Shown here one piece after another: positions 1 through 13,131 of a stretch of DNA of 64,000 nt. Under the pieces are notes generated by a model. That model saw only the letters and a list, made by a program, of their open reading frames with translations. It searched no databases and had not been told where the DNA came from. This DNA comes from Tubiluchus corallicola. Taxonomy: Eukaryota; Animalia; Priapulida. How positions within the stretch are numbered: the stretch's first letter is position 1; each line of letters opens with the position of its first letter. The translations under genes were made by a program, and so were the position numbers. The DNA lies in assembly GCA_030141605.1 (NCBI GenBank), contig JAQGDQ010000020.1, positions 1-64,000 of the forward strand, given 5' to 3'.

Positions 1-18
1 AAGGAACTTACTATATAG

Positions 19-1155
<1,137 letters not shown>

Positions 1156-2065
1156 ATATTTTTTAAGCAAGCTTGCCTAAGCAGAGCAGTAACACAGCTG
1201 GCACACTTTCTAATCATATTTCTGCAACTTGACTTTTTGGGAAGAGTTTCAGTAGGTATTTAAATGCTTTTTTTAATATTGTAATTTATAATGTTCTTTA
1301 TACGTTTTTTAAGTGGTATAAACATAGTGATTTAAACAGTCTCAATTTTGAAACAACACGAATACTGCATCTAGTTTATTATTTACTATTGGAAAATGTG
1401 TTTGTCAGACATTTCTTAGGGAAATTGACTGTGAAGCAGTTAAGTTGTCTGCTACAAATTTCCCACACGAATTTCTATGCATTCATTTGTTAGGTTGGCA
1501 AAACCAGTATTAGTCTGGCTTCTTGACCCGTTTCTGGCTTCTTATCAGAAGACTGGTGCTTGTCAGTCATTATCTCAAGCTTTTTGAGTCTCAACAAAAC
1601 TACTCCAATGTATTGTGTGTCAGCTCTACTCCTATCTTTACAGAGTTTAAATACTGAAATTGTTTTAAATAGGATGAGCTGAGGATATATCAAAACGAAA
1701 TATTAATAGATTGTAGCTATTAGCTGCTATAAATTTTTCATAATAATAATAATAATAATGTGTGATAGAATCTCTTACTTGTGATAGAAAAACATTCCAA
1801 AAAATTCTTTACAATGATAGGATAGTTTACTGTTGCATATCAGAAATAAATACTTCTAGTATTTAATTTCGTGTTATAGGTATGTAAATAATTTATAAAA
1901 AATCTTGCATTTAAATTATTCAGTAAACTCATTTTTAAAAGTTCTTAGGGACTTAATTATTGTTATAGATTTACTGTAGCTATAATTTAGCTATTTTCAG
2001 TTTTTGTTTGCTCCCTCTCTTGTTGCATTTATTTTACTTTAATTTTGTTTTACATTTTTTTGTAT

Positions 2066-2673
2066 AAGTTATTGTTTGTGAAGATATACATTGTAGCTAG
2101 CTATTTCGCAAATAGTTTTAGCTAAAATGTTATCTATAAAGTAAATAGCTTAGAATGATATACACAAAGTTATTGTTTGTGAAGATAAACATTGTAGCTA
2201 GCTATTTCGCAAATAGTTTTAGCTAAAATGTTATCTATAAAGTAAATAGCTTAGAATGATATACACAAAAGTTATTGTTTGTGAAGATATACATTGTAGC
2301 TAGCTATTTCGCAAATAGTTTTAGCTAAAATGTTATCTATAAAGTAAATAGCTTAGAATGATATACACAAAAGTTATTGTTTGTGAAGATATACATTATA
2401 GCTAGCTATTTCGCAAATAGTTTTAGCTAAAATGTTATCTATAAAGTAAATAGCTTAGAATGATATACACAAAAGTTATTGTTTGTGAAGATATACATTG
2501 TAGCTAGCTATTTGACAAATAGTTTTAGCTAAAATGTTATCTATAAAGTAAATCGCTTAGAATGATATACACAAAGTTACTGTTTGTGAAGATATACATT
2601 GTAGCTAGCTATTTGGCAAATAGTTTTAGATAAAATGTTATCTATAAAGTAAATAGCTTAGAATGATATACAC
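2066..2673. repeat. Tandem repeat, ~101-102 bp unit x6
   Basis: Unit AAGTTATTGTTTGTGAAGATATACATTGTAGCTAGCTATTTCGCAAATAG...GAATGATATACACA repeated six times with few substitutions. Confidence 0.95.
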
Positions 2674-3304
2674 ATTCATGAGTATTAAGTCAGCTATCAT
2701 GTTTTACTTGAAAAGTTAAAAACTGAGCTAGATTAAGCAAAAAATAATGCAAATTACAATTTTTAGTAATTGACTGACCTGTTAACCTGCATTACACTCT
2801 TGTCTTTTCCTCTCTATGTCACTATGACGACATGATAGTGGCTTTTAAGTTTCATCTGTACTATTATTATGCCTGCATCTTATTTTACACCTAAAATTAA
2901 TGAAGTTAATTACTATAGTTTTTTTGCAATTTCTTTCTATTTCCCTATATTATTTATGTAACTGTATTTGTGGTACTTTTAGTAGCTATTGTAGCTATTT
3001 ACAGTAGCTTTTTAGGTTTTTTCATGCACAAATTTGAGTGAAGCAGATAACATCTTCCTTAAGTAAAGTTTTACAGGTTATTTGAATGTGTAAATGGTCA
3101 ATATTAAGCATAACTGTATAATAATGAGGAACAGCAACGAAAAACATAGATATGTAAGTTGTTTTCACTAAACTATTTTTTACATAAGTGTCAAGGGTGG
3201 CATTAAATCTGTATGTAAAATATTTTTACATTTTTTTAGTCTACTTGAGCTTTTCAAAGTTACTTGTAGCCAACAGTAGAATTGAAAATCACATACCTGT
3301 AAAT

Positions 3305-3672
3305 CAGGGGTGTCCAACCTTTTTGAACTGAGGGCCAAGTGTACAACCTTCAAAGTAGTTGCGGGCCGGATTAGCAATTTCACAACCACAAAAAGACAAT
3401 GAAGCACAAAATACATTTTATGTTACATTTAAGCTAGAAGAGACAGTCTTGTAAGTTCATGCTTTTGATCAGTTTAATGTGAAATCTGGCACTGCTTTTG
3501 TTTGTTAATGACTGTGACCTTCATGGATTGTTGACGACCGGCAAATCTGATAGTTGGGTCACAAGTGCAGCTGTCTATTAAATTTTGACCAAATAAGAGA
3601 AACTTTGCGGGCCGGATAGAAACGCATGGCGGGCCGGATTCTGGCCCGCGGGCCGTATGTTGGACACTCCTG
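3305..3672. mobile_element. hAT (Charlie-like) non-autonomous MITE
   Basis: TIRs CAGGGGTGTCCAAC / GTTGGACACTCCTG (1 mismatch). Perfect 8-bp TSD CTGTAAAT at 3297-3304 and 3673-3680. Subterminal GCGGGCCG motifs. Confidence 0.9.
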
Positions 3673-4987
3673 CTGTAAATTATATGTAAAAAATTTTCAA
3701 TCTCACCTACAATAACATATGAGTGGAGACTGTAGTAATTAATGTTCGCAGTAAATAATTTTAAAATGTGCCGTTTTAACTGAATGTAACTGAATTTCTT
3801 GCTGGAATTTTATATTTGGTTGAGTTAATTGTTAGGCTTACTGATTGTTAATGAATACAATGCTGTTCAGTAGAGGCTTGTAGTTAAAATTGTTGTGGAC
3901 GCTGCTTCAGAAAATTTTTAACCAATGTTTTAATACTGTGTAAAATGAGACAAACATATAAAAACAAAATTTAGTCAAAAAGAAACACTACCTTACACTT
4001 GCACAACAGGGTCGGCACTGCATGAGAGACAGTGCTTTCTCTACTTAGCGTGCGGCTTCTTATCTCAGGCATGTTCTCATGCCCGCATGCACAGAACGGC
4101 CAAACACCACGTCGCTGGAACTATGAAGCACACAGTTCCGAACAAGGATTTTGTAATTTTTCCATGGACTAGGAAATGGCTACTTACATTAGACTTAAGA
4201 ATTATATAATGTACAAATATAAAGAAAGAAATAAAGAAAGAAAGACACATTATGTTGAATGTTATCACTAATATCGAGTGAAAACAGGGGCTGCTGCAGT
4301 TCCGTAGTGCCTATACACAAGCCTCCACTGATATGATTATACAAAATCTAGTTTTGTAGAATTTACTGCGTTGCTTTCGCTACTAATGTCACGACACATT
4401 GGTGAAACTTTGTTAACTTGTGAATTTGCAGATGTTCAAATTTGCATGATTTTAAATATTACTTTCAAAGGTCTTTGTAAATAGACGTTAACCGGGTTTG
4501 ATATTAAGCATAGTCTGTGGTAACAGTTGTGACTCGACTCAGATTTCAGTAAATCTGTTAATTAATAATTATAGTAAATTATCTGTGGTGATAGCAGTTA
4601 ACAAATGGATGAAAACATCAGTTGAAATGAAACTATTTTTACGTCATTATATACTGTTATTTAAAAATTAAAAAGCACCATGATATATTATGCAAATTAT
4701 AGTCACTACTATTAAAAATTCTGACAGGGGTGTGTAATTACAACAATTAACATGGAAACTAAATGTTACTTGTTTTACTTGTGATATAACATATTAAAAT
4801 GTAATGCTTACAGAAGTAATCTGTTTTATGTCTTTTTTAAGTATAAGTTACGCACAAGAAATATATTTTGCACCTCAATGTGTAATTGCATTACTGAACA
4901 TTTGTAGATTATTTTCTAAAATGCAATAGACACTTCATACAGCACCAATACCTGCAATAAATTTTGCAAGGCATGAAAATTATATCA

Positions 4988-4989
<2 letters not shown>

Positions 4990-5026
<37 letters not shown>
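4990..5026. repeat. (AT)n microsatellite
   Basis: Seen directly. Confidence 0.95.
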
Positions 5027-5030
<4 letters not shown>

Positions 5031-5412
5031 AAATTAAGTTTTTATTTAATAATTATATCAATATTGTACATGTAATCATAATAATTAGCCACATTTTGTC
5101 ACTTTTTGTCATTGATTTTGAAAATCCAAAAACCAATTCAGTTTAATGATCGAACAGCTCAATTCAAATGATACAGACGAATTTAAAAATGGCAGATCTG
5201 TCAGGAAATTATACAATTTAAGAAATTTCGATATTTAAGATGACTAAAAAATGTGAATCTACTTTAGGCACCTTCAGAGACAAAGATGGACACTAATTTT
5301 ATATTAACTATTTTATCAACCTTTGATTGTGACCATAAGCAATTTTGTCTAGATTCTTGAAAGATTAAAGATTAGACCAGCTATGCTATTGCAGATCTAG
5401 TCCGACGTAATG

Positions 5413-8400
5413 TCACCGAATGCTACTCTTCATGTAGGTTTGATAGGATGCATAGATCTCCTTGCAATAGCTTTGTCTTGAATAATCCTGCAAAGTCGTG
5501 TGAAACATAGGTGTTGCTTTCAGTACCTGTGATGTAGACGAATTCACCTGCAAATGTAACAGTTTTCATTACAAATTGTTGTAAATGTAGCCAGACAAAA
5601 AATGTCTCCAGCTTCCATGTTTTCCTTACAAACACTTTAAATAAGGAATCACATTACAGAGTTAGGTGCTTCAAAACAAGGCTATAAATTCACAATGCAA
5701 TTTTAGAGATTTCTTGGTCTCAATGGATAAACCAGCATTTGTACATACATACAAGTAACATCTTGGTTCTTTCTTTATGCAATTCAGAACAAAATTGTAG
5801 TATTAGTGTAGATGCACACAGACTTAAACCATCAGATGAATACTGTAATGTTGATTTTATTTAGGTCTTCAGTGCCAGTTATTTTGAAAAAGTAATCTCG
5901 ATATTTAGAGTGTCTCATATCCTATGTGAGGTACATGTAAGCTCTTTCTCATATACTACAAGAGGTACATGTAAGCTCTTTCTCATATACTACACAAGGT
6001 ACATGTAAGCTCTTTCTCATATACTACACGAGGTACATGTAAGCTCTTTCTCATATCCTATGCGAGGTACATGTAAGCTCTTTCTCATATCCTATGCGAG
6101 GTACATGTAAGCTCTTTCTCATATCCTACACGAGGTACATGTAAGCTCTTTCTCATATCCTATGTGAGGTACATGTAAGCTCTTTCTCATATCCTATGCG
6201 AGGTACATGTAAGCTCTTTCTCATATCCTATGTGAGGTACATGTAAGCTCTTTCTCATATCCTATGCGAGGTACATGTAAGCTCTTTCTCATATCCTATG
6301 TGAGGTACATGTAAGCTCTTTCTCATATCCTATGCGAGGTACATGTAAGCTCTTTCTCATATACTACACGAGGTACATGTAAGCTCTTTCTCATATCCTA
6401 CACGAGGTACATGTAAGCTCTTTCTCATATCCTATGTGAGGTACATGTAAGCTCTTTCTCATATCCTATGTGAGGTACATGTAAGCTCTTTCTCATATCC
6501 TATGCGAGGTACATGTAAGCTCTTTCTCATATACTACACGAGGTACATGTAAGCTCTTTCTCATATCCTATGTGAGGTACATGTAAGATCTTTCTCATAT
6601 CCTATGTGAGGTACATGTAAGCTCTTTCTCATATCCTATGTGAGGTACATGTAAGCTCTTTCTCATATCCTATGTGAGGTACATGTAAGCTCTTTCTCAT
6701 ATCCTATGCGAGGTACATGTAAGCTCTTTCTCATATCCTATGCGAGGTACATGTAAGCTCTTTCTCATATCCTATGCGAGGTACATGTAAGCTCTTTCTC
6801 ATATCCTATGTGAGGTACATGTAAGCTCTTTCTCATATCCTATGCGAGGTACATGTAAGCTCTTTCTCATATCCTATGCGAGGTACATGTAAGCTCTTTC
6901 TCATATCCTATGCGAGGTACATGTAAGCACTTTCTCATATCCTATGCGAGGTACATGTAAGCTCTTTCTCATATCCTATGCGAGGTACATGTAAGCTCTT
7001 TCTCATATCCTATGTGAGGTACATGTAAGCTCTTTCTCATATCCTATGCGAGGTACATGTAAGCTCTTTTTTTAATGAAATGCCATAAAAGGTCTTCTGC
7101 TTGATCAAAAACACTGATAATGTTTAAGTGGGAAAAGTTTCAACTCTTAGTAATAATTTTTAAGTTCAAGTTTTTAACAATAAATTACTGATACAAGTTC
7201 AAACTTCAACAGTAAGCAAGAGATGAATATTAACTCTGTTTCTCTAGCTCAGAACAGAACAGGTTTAATGTTACTTAACTGTCAACAAAAATTTCACAAA
7301 ACACTTACGTGCACTACAACATAATCTCCTGGTTTTAGTCGTTTGTGAATTTCAGTGGAAACTCCTAGGGGCACCTCAACGTCAGGTACAATGACTTTAG
7401 TACCGCCGTCATTTCTGCCGAATAAATCTTGTTGTGATCGTTTACTTGTCTGGTAAAAGAACAACAGACTTCATCAGCACATTTTAAAATAGCACACTAT
7501 ACGCGTGTATCACAGTAAACTAATGCAAAGTGGTGGTACAAGTCACAACCACAGCAACTGGGTAAACTAATGCAAAGTGGTGGTACAAGTCAAAAAACAT
7601 ATCGTAAGTATAAGTCGACCCCAAAAATTTCACCTTAAAATCGCCTCCCAAAAATTCGACTTGTACATAACTATATACAGTAACTGACTAACTGACTGAC
7701 TAACTAACTAATATAACTAGCTAACTAACTAACTACGTAAAATAAAAAATGAATAAAGCTAATGTATGAAAGAATTCTGGGTCATTCTAGGTTAAGGCAG
7801 CCACGGTTTGTTTTTCTTATTTTTTTTTGAATCACCTACTAAAATCAACTTACTCCTTCAATTAACACCAGCTGTTCAGAGCCAACAAGCTGCGCATTCA
7901 ACTTCTCTGCTTCTTGTCGAAAACAATCAAGAATTTCCTGCATCCGACGAACCTTGACGTGTTGCGGCACGTTGTCTTCTAGCTTGTGATATGCATGAGT
8001 CTTCTACAAGAAAATATTAAAACTGAAAATGTCTGTAATGCCTGTACAATAATCTTTGAAATTCTGCTCACATTTTTCTCACCCGATCTTCATCACAAAT
8101 CGGTGCCAATCAGCAGGGCCTATTTCAGCCTAAGCTAGGCCCGGGGAAGTGGGGCATGTGAGGCCCCCTTGGGGGGGGGGGGGTGGCATGAAGCGCCGGG
8201 GCATGGGTGCCATCATGGTTGGCGTGCAGAAAATTTTTGAACTGCTAGAACGCCGGAGAAGCATTTTTTTCGAAGAGAAAATATGGAGTTATACAGTTGT
8301 TAAAGGAAAGAACAGTTGAAAGAAAAACTGCTTTATTCTCAAGACCAGTCCTTAATACTTGTCAATACTGGCAAACGGCGCGCGTGCGGCAAGAGAGAGA

Positions 8401-9709
8401 GAAGAGGCAGTATGTTCGCATAAAGAAAAAAATGTTACCTTGGTGTGAGGCCCCCCTGGAGGGTGAGGGCCCAGGGAAGTATCCCCACTCCCCCGCCCCA
8501 TGAAATAGGCCCTGCTAATCAGTGCTTTTAAATAAATTCATAAACACTAAATTAAGATAACGAGTTGCCAAACAAGTGACACTACGAGTCAGTCATACTT
8601 AAGTGGTCGGGTGTTGGCAACCGTAAAACACTTCATACTTCTAGCCAATCTCTACATTTCTCTGTTTTTCTTCATTTTTTCACCCACCTTTCTCAAACTA
8701 AATGGAAACATGTAGCAAAAATTGTATTTGACTAGCCGAATAAGCGACAGCGTGTCTTCGTGAGCCTCTTCAGTCTCGTTACAAAAACCACAGATGAAGT
8801 CACTTGATAAAAAAACACCTGAAAAAGACATTAGAAAATTTGAAGCCATGTTAAGAAGTAACACTCACATACGATTACAAAATTTGAAGCCATGTTAAGA
8901 AGTAACACACACATACGATTACAAAATTTGAAGCCATGTTAAGAAGTAACTCACACATACGATTACAAAATTTGAAGCCATGTTAAGAAGTAACACACAC
9001 ATACGATTACAAAATTTGAAGCCATGTTAAGAAGTAACACACACACATACGATTACAAAATTTGAAGCCATGTTAAGAAGTAACACACACATACGATTAC
9101 AAAATTTGAAGCCATGTTAAGAAGTAACACACACACATACGAGTTCTTTAACGGTTCGTTTAAAACTTAATAAATGTTTTTTTCCTATAAAGTCATTTTG
9201 TTCTGCAAAAACGAAAAGAATTTGTGGAAAAAATTATCAAAAGTTGTTTTAGAAATGACTAACCACTTTACTATCATTATTGTTCTAGGCTGGTGAATTT
9301 AAATAATTATTATTTATTATTATTAGTTATTATTAGTAACTCATTTATTTCACAACAAAATATGTTTTAATTATGATTAAAAATGAATATAAGAACATAT
9401 ATAACAGCAAATTAATATTACTTAACAAATTTGTGAAAGAAACACAATAGTCCAGATTTTAGGCCAGCATACTGTGAATGTGATATGATAAACCACACTG
9501 CCATTAAGACACTGTAACATAACACAATAACCTATGAACAGACAATAACAGTTACCTGGCAGAATACTTCGAATATGATGGACTAAGTCTATATAGGTGT
9601 CTCTAGTGTATCCTCTGCGCATTGCAGTCAATACTGTTGAGTTTCCACTCTGTGCTGGCAGGTGAATTTGCTTGCAAATATTTGGGTTTTCCTTGATGAC
9701 TGTGAGCAC
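5413..9709 (-). CDS. CDK5RAP1: CDK5RAP1/MiaB-like mitochondrial tRNA methylthiotransferase, 3' part only (5 exons, 236 aa: end of radical-SAM domain plus TRAM domain)
   Basis: Exons 9709-9556 ([24 protein letters not shown]...RRGYTR), 8818-8688 ([20 protein letters not shown]...FSLRK), 8003-7854 ([13 protein letters not shown]...LVLIEG), 7449-7309 ([22 protein letters not shown]...PGDYVVVH) and 5547-5413 ([13 protein letters not shown]...SSIR*). All GT-AG, phases join into one open frame, and the peptide matches the recalled CDK5RAP1 C-terminus. Upstream exons were not found in the window. Confidence 0.92.
5914..7068. repeat. 34-bp minisatellite (~34 copies) in last intron of CDK5RAP1
   Basis: Unit GAGGTACATGTAAGCTCTTTCTCATATCCTATG(T/C), with variants ending ACTACAC or CCTACAC. 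Confidence 0.97.
7603..7682. mobile_element. Terminal fragment of a Tc1/mariner (Tc2-like) element
   Basis: CGTAAGTATAAGTCGACCCC...TTCGACTTGTACATAACTATATACAG-TA resembles Tc2-type termini ending at TA. The other end was not seen. Flanked by a 31-bp local duplication (7515-7592) and a (TAAC/TGAC)n run. Confidence 0.5.
8114..8514. mobile_element. hAT-type MITE in a CDK5RAP1 intron
   Basis: Perfect 14-bp TIR CAGGGCCTATTTCA / TGAAATAGGCCCTG. 8-bp TSD CCAATCAG / CTAATCAG (1 mismatch). GC-rich subterminal GAGGCCCC motifs. Confidence 0.88.
8835..9142. repeat. 44-46 bp tandem repeat x7
   Basis: Unit AAAATTTGAAGCCATGTTAAGAAGTAACACACACATACGATTAC with a variable CA run. Confidence 0.95.
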
Positions 9710-11340
9710 CTGCAGAAATTTAAAAAAATGAATAAACATCGTAATATCATGATTAATATAATACAATGTTACAAAACTTATTATGCACACAAAAACAGAA
9801 GCAATTATTATTATTGAATGTACATAAACTTTCCAATATACTAAAGTGCTGAAGTAAAACTTCAAACAAATAAGTAAAATTATGCTATATGGCATGTATA
9901 TTCTATGTATGCTTGATTTAGCATGAACACTAATGTCTAACTACGTGTCAGATTAGAACTGTGTTATGTCTAACTGTGGTCAAACGCTGAGCTGCTTTGT
10001 GTTTGATCATAGATATATTACAATAGCGACAGTAAGTAAAGCTAGGGTTTCTTCTAAGCAAACAGAATATCTTAAATTGGAGCTGTGCTTAAGGGACAGT
10101 CAGTCACGCGTTGCTATCTTATTATTTTCAACTCTTTTTCCCGAGGTCACCGGAAACAGGAATGTAGACACGGCTTCATACCTCGAATAATCACAATGCC
10201 CTACACAGACTGCAAAGTACAGATTACAAGGTGTTGAAGTCAAAATTTAGCTTCTGTGCAATCGAGATGACATTTCTATCTTGCTGAAATATATTTATAA
10301 AAATTATAACTATGTCGGGAATTTATGTCGCCGTATGATCATATGCGTGTTGCAATAAGCAGTGATAATGACGTTTTCAGTAATTTTTTACTTAAAAAAA
10401 TGCGGTGTGTATTTTGTATTTACATAATGATGTCACTATAGTAAGCTTCGCTTGTAATATCTGCTAGTATTGGGTAGTGGTGAAAAGACATTTTGCGGTA
10501 TTCATAAGACGTGAATTTTTTTTAGAAGTTACTGATTATGTTTTACATTTTCATAAATTACTTAGGTTTAACTATTCGTCTATCGTATAAATTTGCCTAC
10601 AGTTAGGCTCAGCCTGCAACGACCATTTTAGGACAATAAGTGTAAACCGAAACCTATATCTCTTCAGATCACTTTTTCAGTGATATTGGTTAACATTTTC
10701 TTTTCCGAGATAATTGACAACCTTACGACAAAAGCAATTATTGAGATCAGTTATACAGCCCATGCTTAATATTTGCTCAGTAAATACTCTTGAGTGTATA
10801 TTCCTATATTTGATTTGTCGCATAGAGCCAACGAAGCCAATTCACAATACGTTCATACCATACATACGACTAGCTGATATAGTAAAGGAGATCACTTTTG
10901 CGATGAATGCTGATCTAATTATGACTTATATTGAAATGAATTGTGTTTGAAAAAAATGGGTGAAGACTGAAATTTATTTTTGTTGCCAATAAGCATAAAG
11001 TTTGTTACAATTTCTGATTTGAGAGCCTTGCATTTTATGATTGGCCTAATCAGGTGTGGTACAGTACTGCTTTTGCCTGTTAGACATACGGGAGTCTTTT
11101 AGGAAAGCTCTTGGATGACTGGCAAATTTCTTGATTTCTTAAGCTCTGTTAATTTTACTACAACATGCTTGCTTCTACATTTTTTCTAATAGAAATTCAG
11201 GTCATTACACACGAGGACCAAACACTAAGACTCAAAACAGCAGGACTGCCAGTCCAGCAGAGGTGTACCAACAGTAACAGTGAGAGCAATAGCAGTAGTA
11301 GGGGGCAAAGGCAGTGGCAATAGCAGTATAACAACTGCGG

Positions 11341-11400
<60 letters not shown>
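11341..11400. repeat. (CAT)20 microsatellite
   Basis: Seen directly; source of the poly-M/D/S ORFs in the track. Confidence 0.95.
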
Positions 11401-11402
<2 letters not shown>

Positions 11403-11497
11403 CTCAGTGACAATAAATCTGACTTTTTCATTGCAACAAACAGCGAAATGCTCAGTAAAAGTGTAAGGTTTCCTAGACCACCGTTTTTCACAGCAAT

Positions 11498-11700
11498 GTG
11501 AATTTGACTCTGCTGTGGACAATGCTTGAAGCACACAATCATTGTGATTTGTGAATATGACTTTACCGTGAACAGTGCTTGAAGCACACAACCTTTGTTA
11601 TTTGTGAATATGAATCTACTGTGGACAGTGCTTGAAGCACACAACCGTCGTGAATTTGACTTTACTATGGACAATGCTTGAAGACACTGCCATGAATTTG
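11498..11700. repeat. Diverged ~46-53 bp tandem repeat x4
   Basis: Recurrent GTGAATWTGAC...GTGGACARTGCTTGAAGCACACAA units. Confidence 0.8.
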
Positions 11701-12795
11701 AGCAGTGACTGCTGTAATGGCAGCTGCAACTGAAGCCATTAGTCTTATTACGGCTTCACCTTTTACTGAAACCATTGCTAAACCAATTATACGCTAATTC
11801 TTGCCGAAAATTCAATTTTATCGCACATGCTGCCCAAGCTGCAGTTAACTATATATGAAGAGTGACTATCAAATCCAGTTATATCCATTTTTGACAAGAA
11901 AAGAGTTCTTTGCCTGTACGTGAGTTCGTTCAAAGTAGAAAATGTTGACTAATTACATATAATTACATTCATTGATACAATCGGAATTTATATCTTCAAA
12001 ATTTCGGCAATCGTTTGGCATCTTCAGAATGTAAATTAAAACAATATTTGCTATATCAATACAGTTTAAGTAAGTTAAACAACAATGAAGGTGTAATTTA
12101 GACTAAAACTTTTGAAAATACGGGTTACAGTAATGTTAAAACAAAATCTTAAAAACATTTCAATTAATCTACAGACAATACACGTTATGTAAGATAATAT
12201 ATCTGAAACTTTTCCAGATAGCAACAATAATTCGACAAATATATGTATATTATTTTAATTTGACTTTATCCCGATATGCTTTTCACTTTGGAATTATGCA
12301 ATTCACGTTACACGCGCAAGGGCGACCTCGTTATACGAAAAATAATGAATTTTTGGCCTACACGTCCAATTTTACGTGAAAAAAGCTACGTAAAATTTGT
12401 GAACCATTATTAGCAGCAGTAGGTACCACCCAAAGTAATGTCAATGTCAATTTGCCAATTTAAGAAGCCAACTAATCAACAAAGCAGTATGAAGCAACAA
12501 TATTCTCGAATGTAACATGCACGAGATGCAAACGCAGCGCAAACAGTTGCAGCGAAGCTTATCTCTTACAAATGATAAGTAAGTGAGTAAGCACTTTTAA
12601 GAATCCCGTGAGGGAAATTCAAGCTTATTCATTTAATTATTAATTGCTTAAGAGGTGACATCACTTTTCCATGCACGCTTGCTAATTCCGCGTGCGTTGT
12701 GAGAAATGGCAGATGTGAACTACGTGCGTGAGTGTGGAGCTTAATTTGGAAAGAGGTTTGCCCTGTAAATTTAATCAGGCTCGGCAGAAAATTTA

Positions 12796-13131
12796 GGGAA
12801 AATTCGAAGAGACGAAGTGTATCAAGGTGACCTCAGCGGGAACCGATTATGTTAAAGAAATCACTTGTCTTACAATCCTCACTCGAAAACTTTTTTTTAT
12901 CGTACTTTCAGTTTAACCCCTCTAAATGAAATGAAAAACGTTGTGTATTGCTAGATGTTAAACTAAGCCATTAAGTTAAAGGAATCACTTGTTACAGGAA
13001 TCTTTGGCAATCCTCACCCGAAACCTTTTTATCGTACTCTCAATTTAAGCCCTGTATTTGAAATGGAAACAGTTGGGGGAAATACGAAGACAAGAGGTGT
13101 ATCAAGGTGACTTCGGAGGGCCACTACGTTA
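12796..13131. repeat. Diverged local duplications
   Basis: GTGTATCAAGGTGAC and GTTAAAG.AATCACTTGT...CAATCCTCAC.CGAAA...TTTATCGTACT blocks each occur twice. Confidence 0.65.

Noticed and set aside
4021-4045. Iron-responsive-element-like hairpin with CAGTGC loop
   Set aside because: The 5-bp upper stem is present but the required bulged C is absent (G instead), and the site is not clearly in a UTR.
5914-7068. CRISPR-like array of ~34-bp repeats
   Set aside because: Units are head to tail with no unique spacers, there are no cas genes, and the context is a eukaryotic intron.
11197-11674. Poly-D/M/S ORFs as the acidic terminal exon of the Acl4-like gene
   Set aside because: They arise from a (CAT)20 microsatellite. 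Flanking translation does not resemble Acl4 and no good acceptor is in frame.
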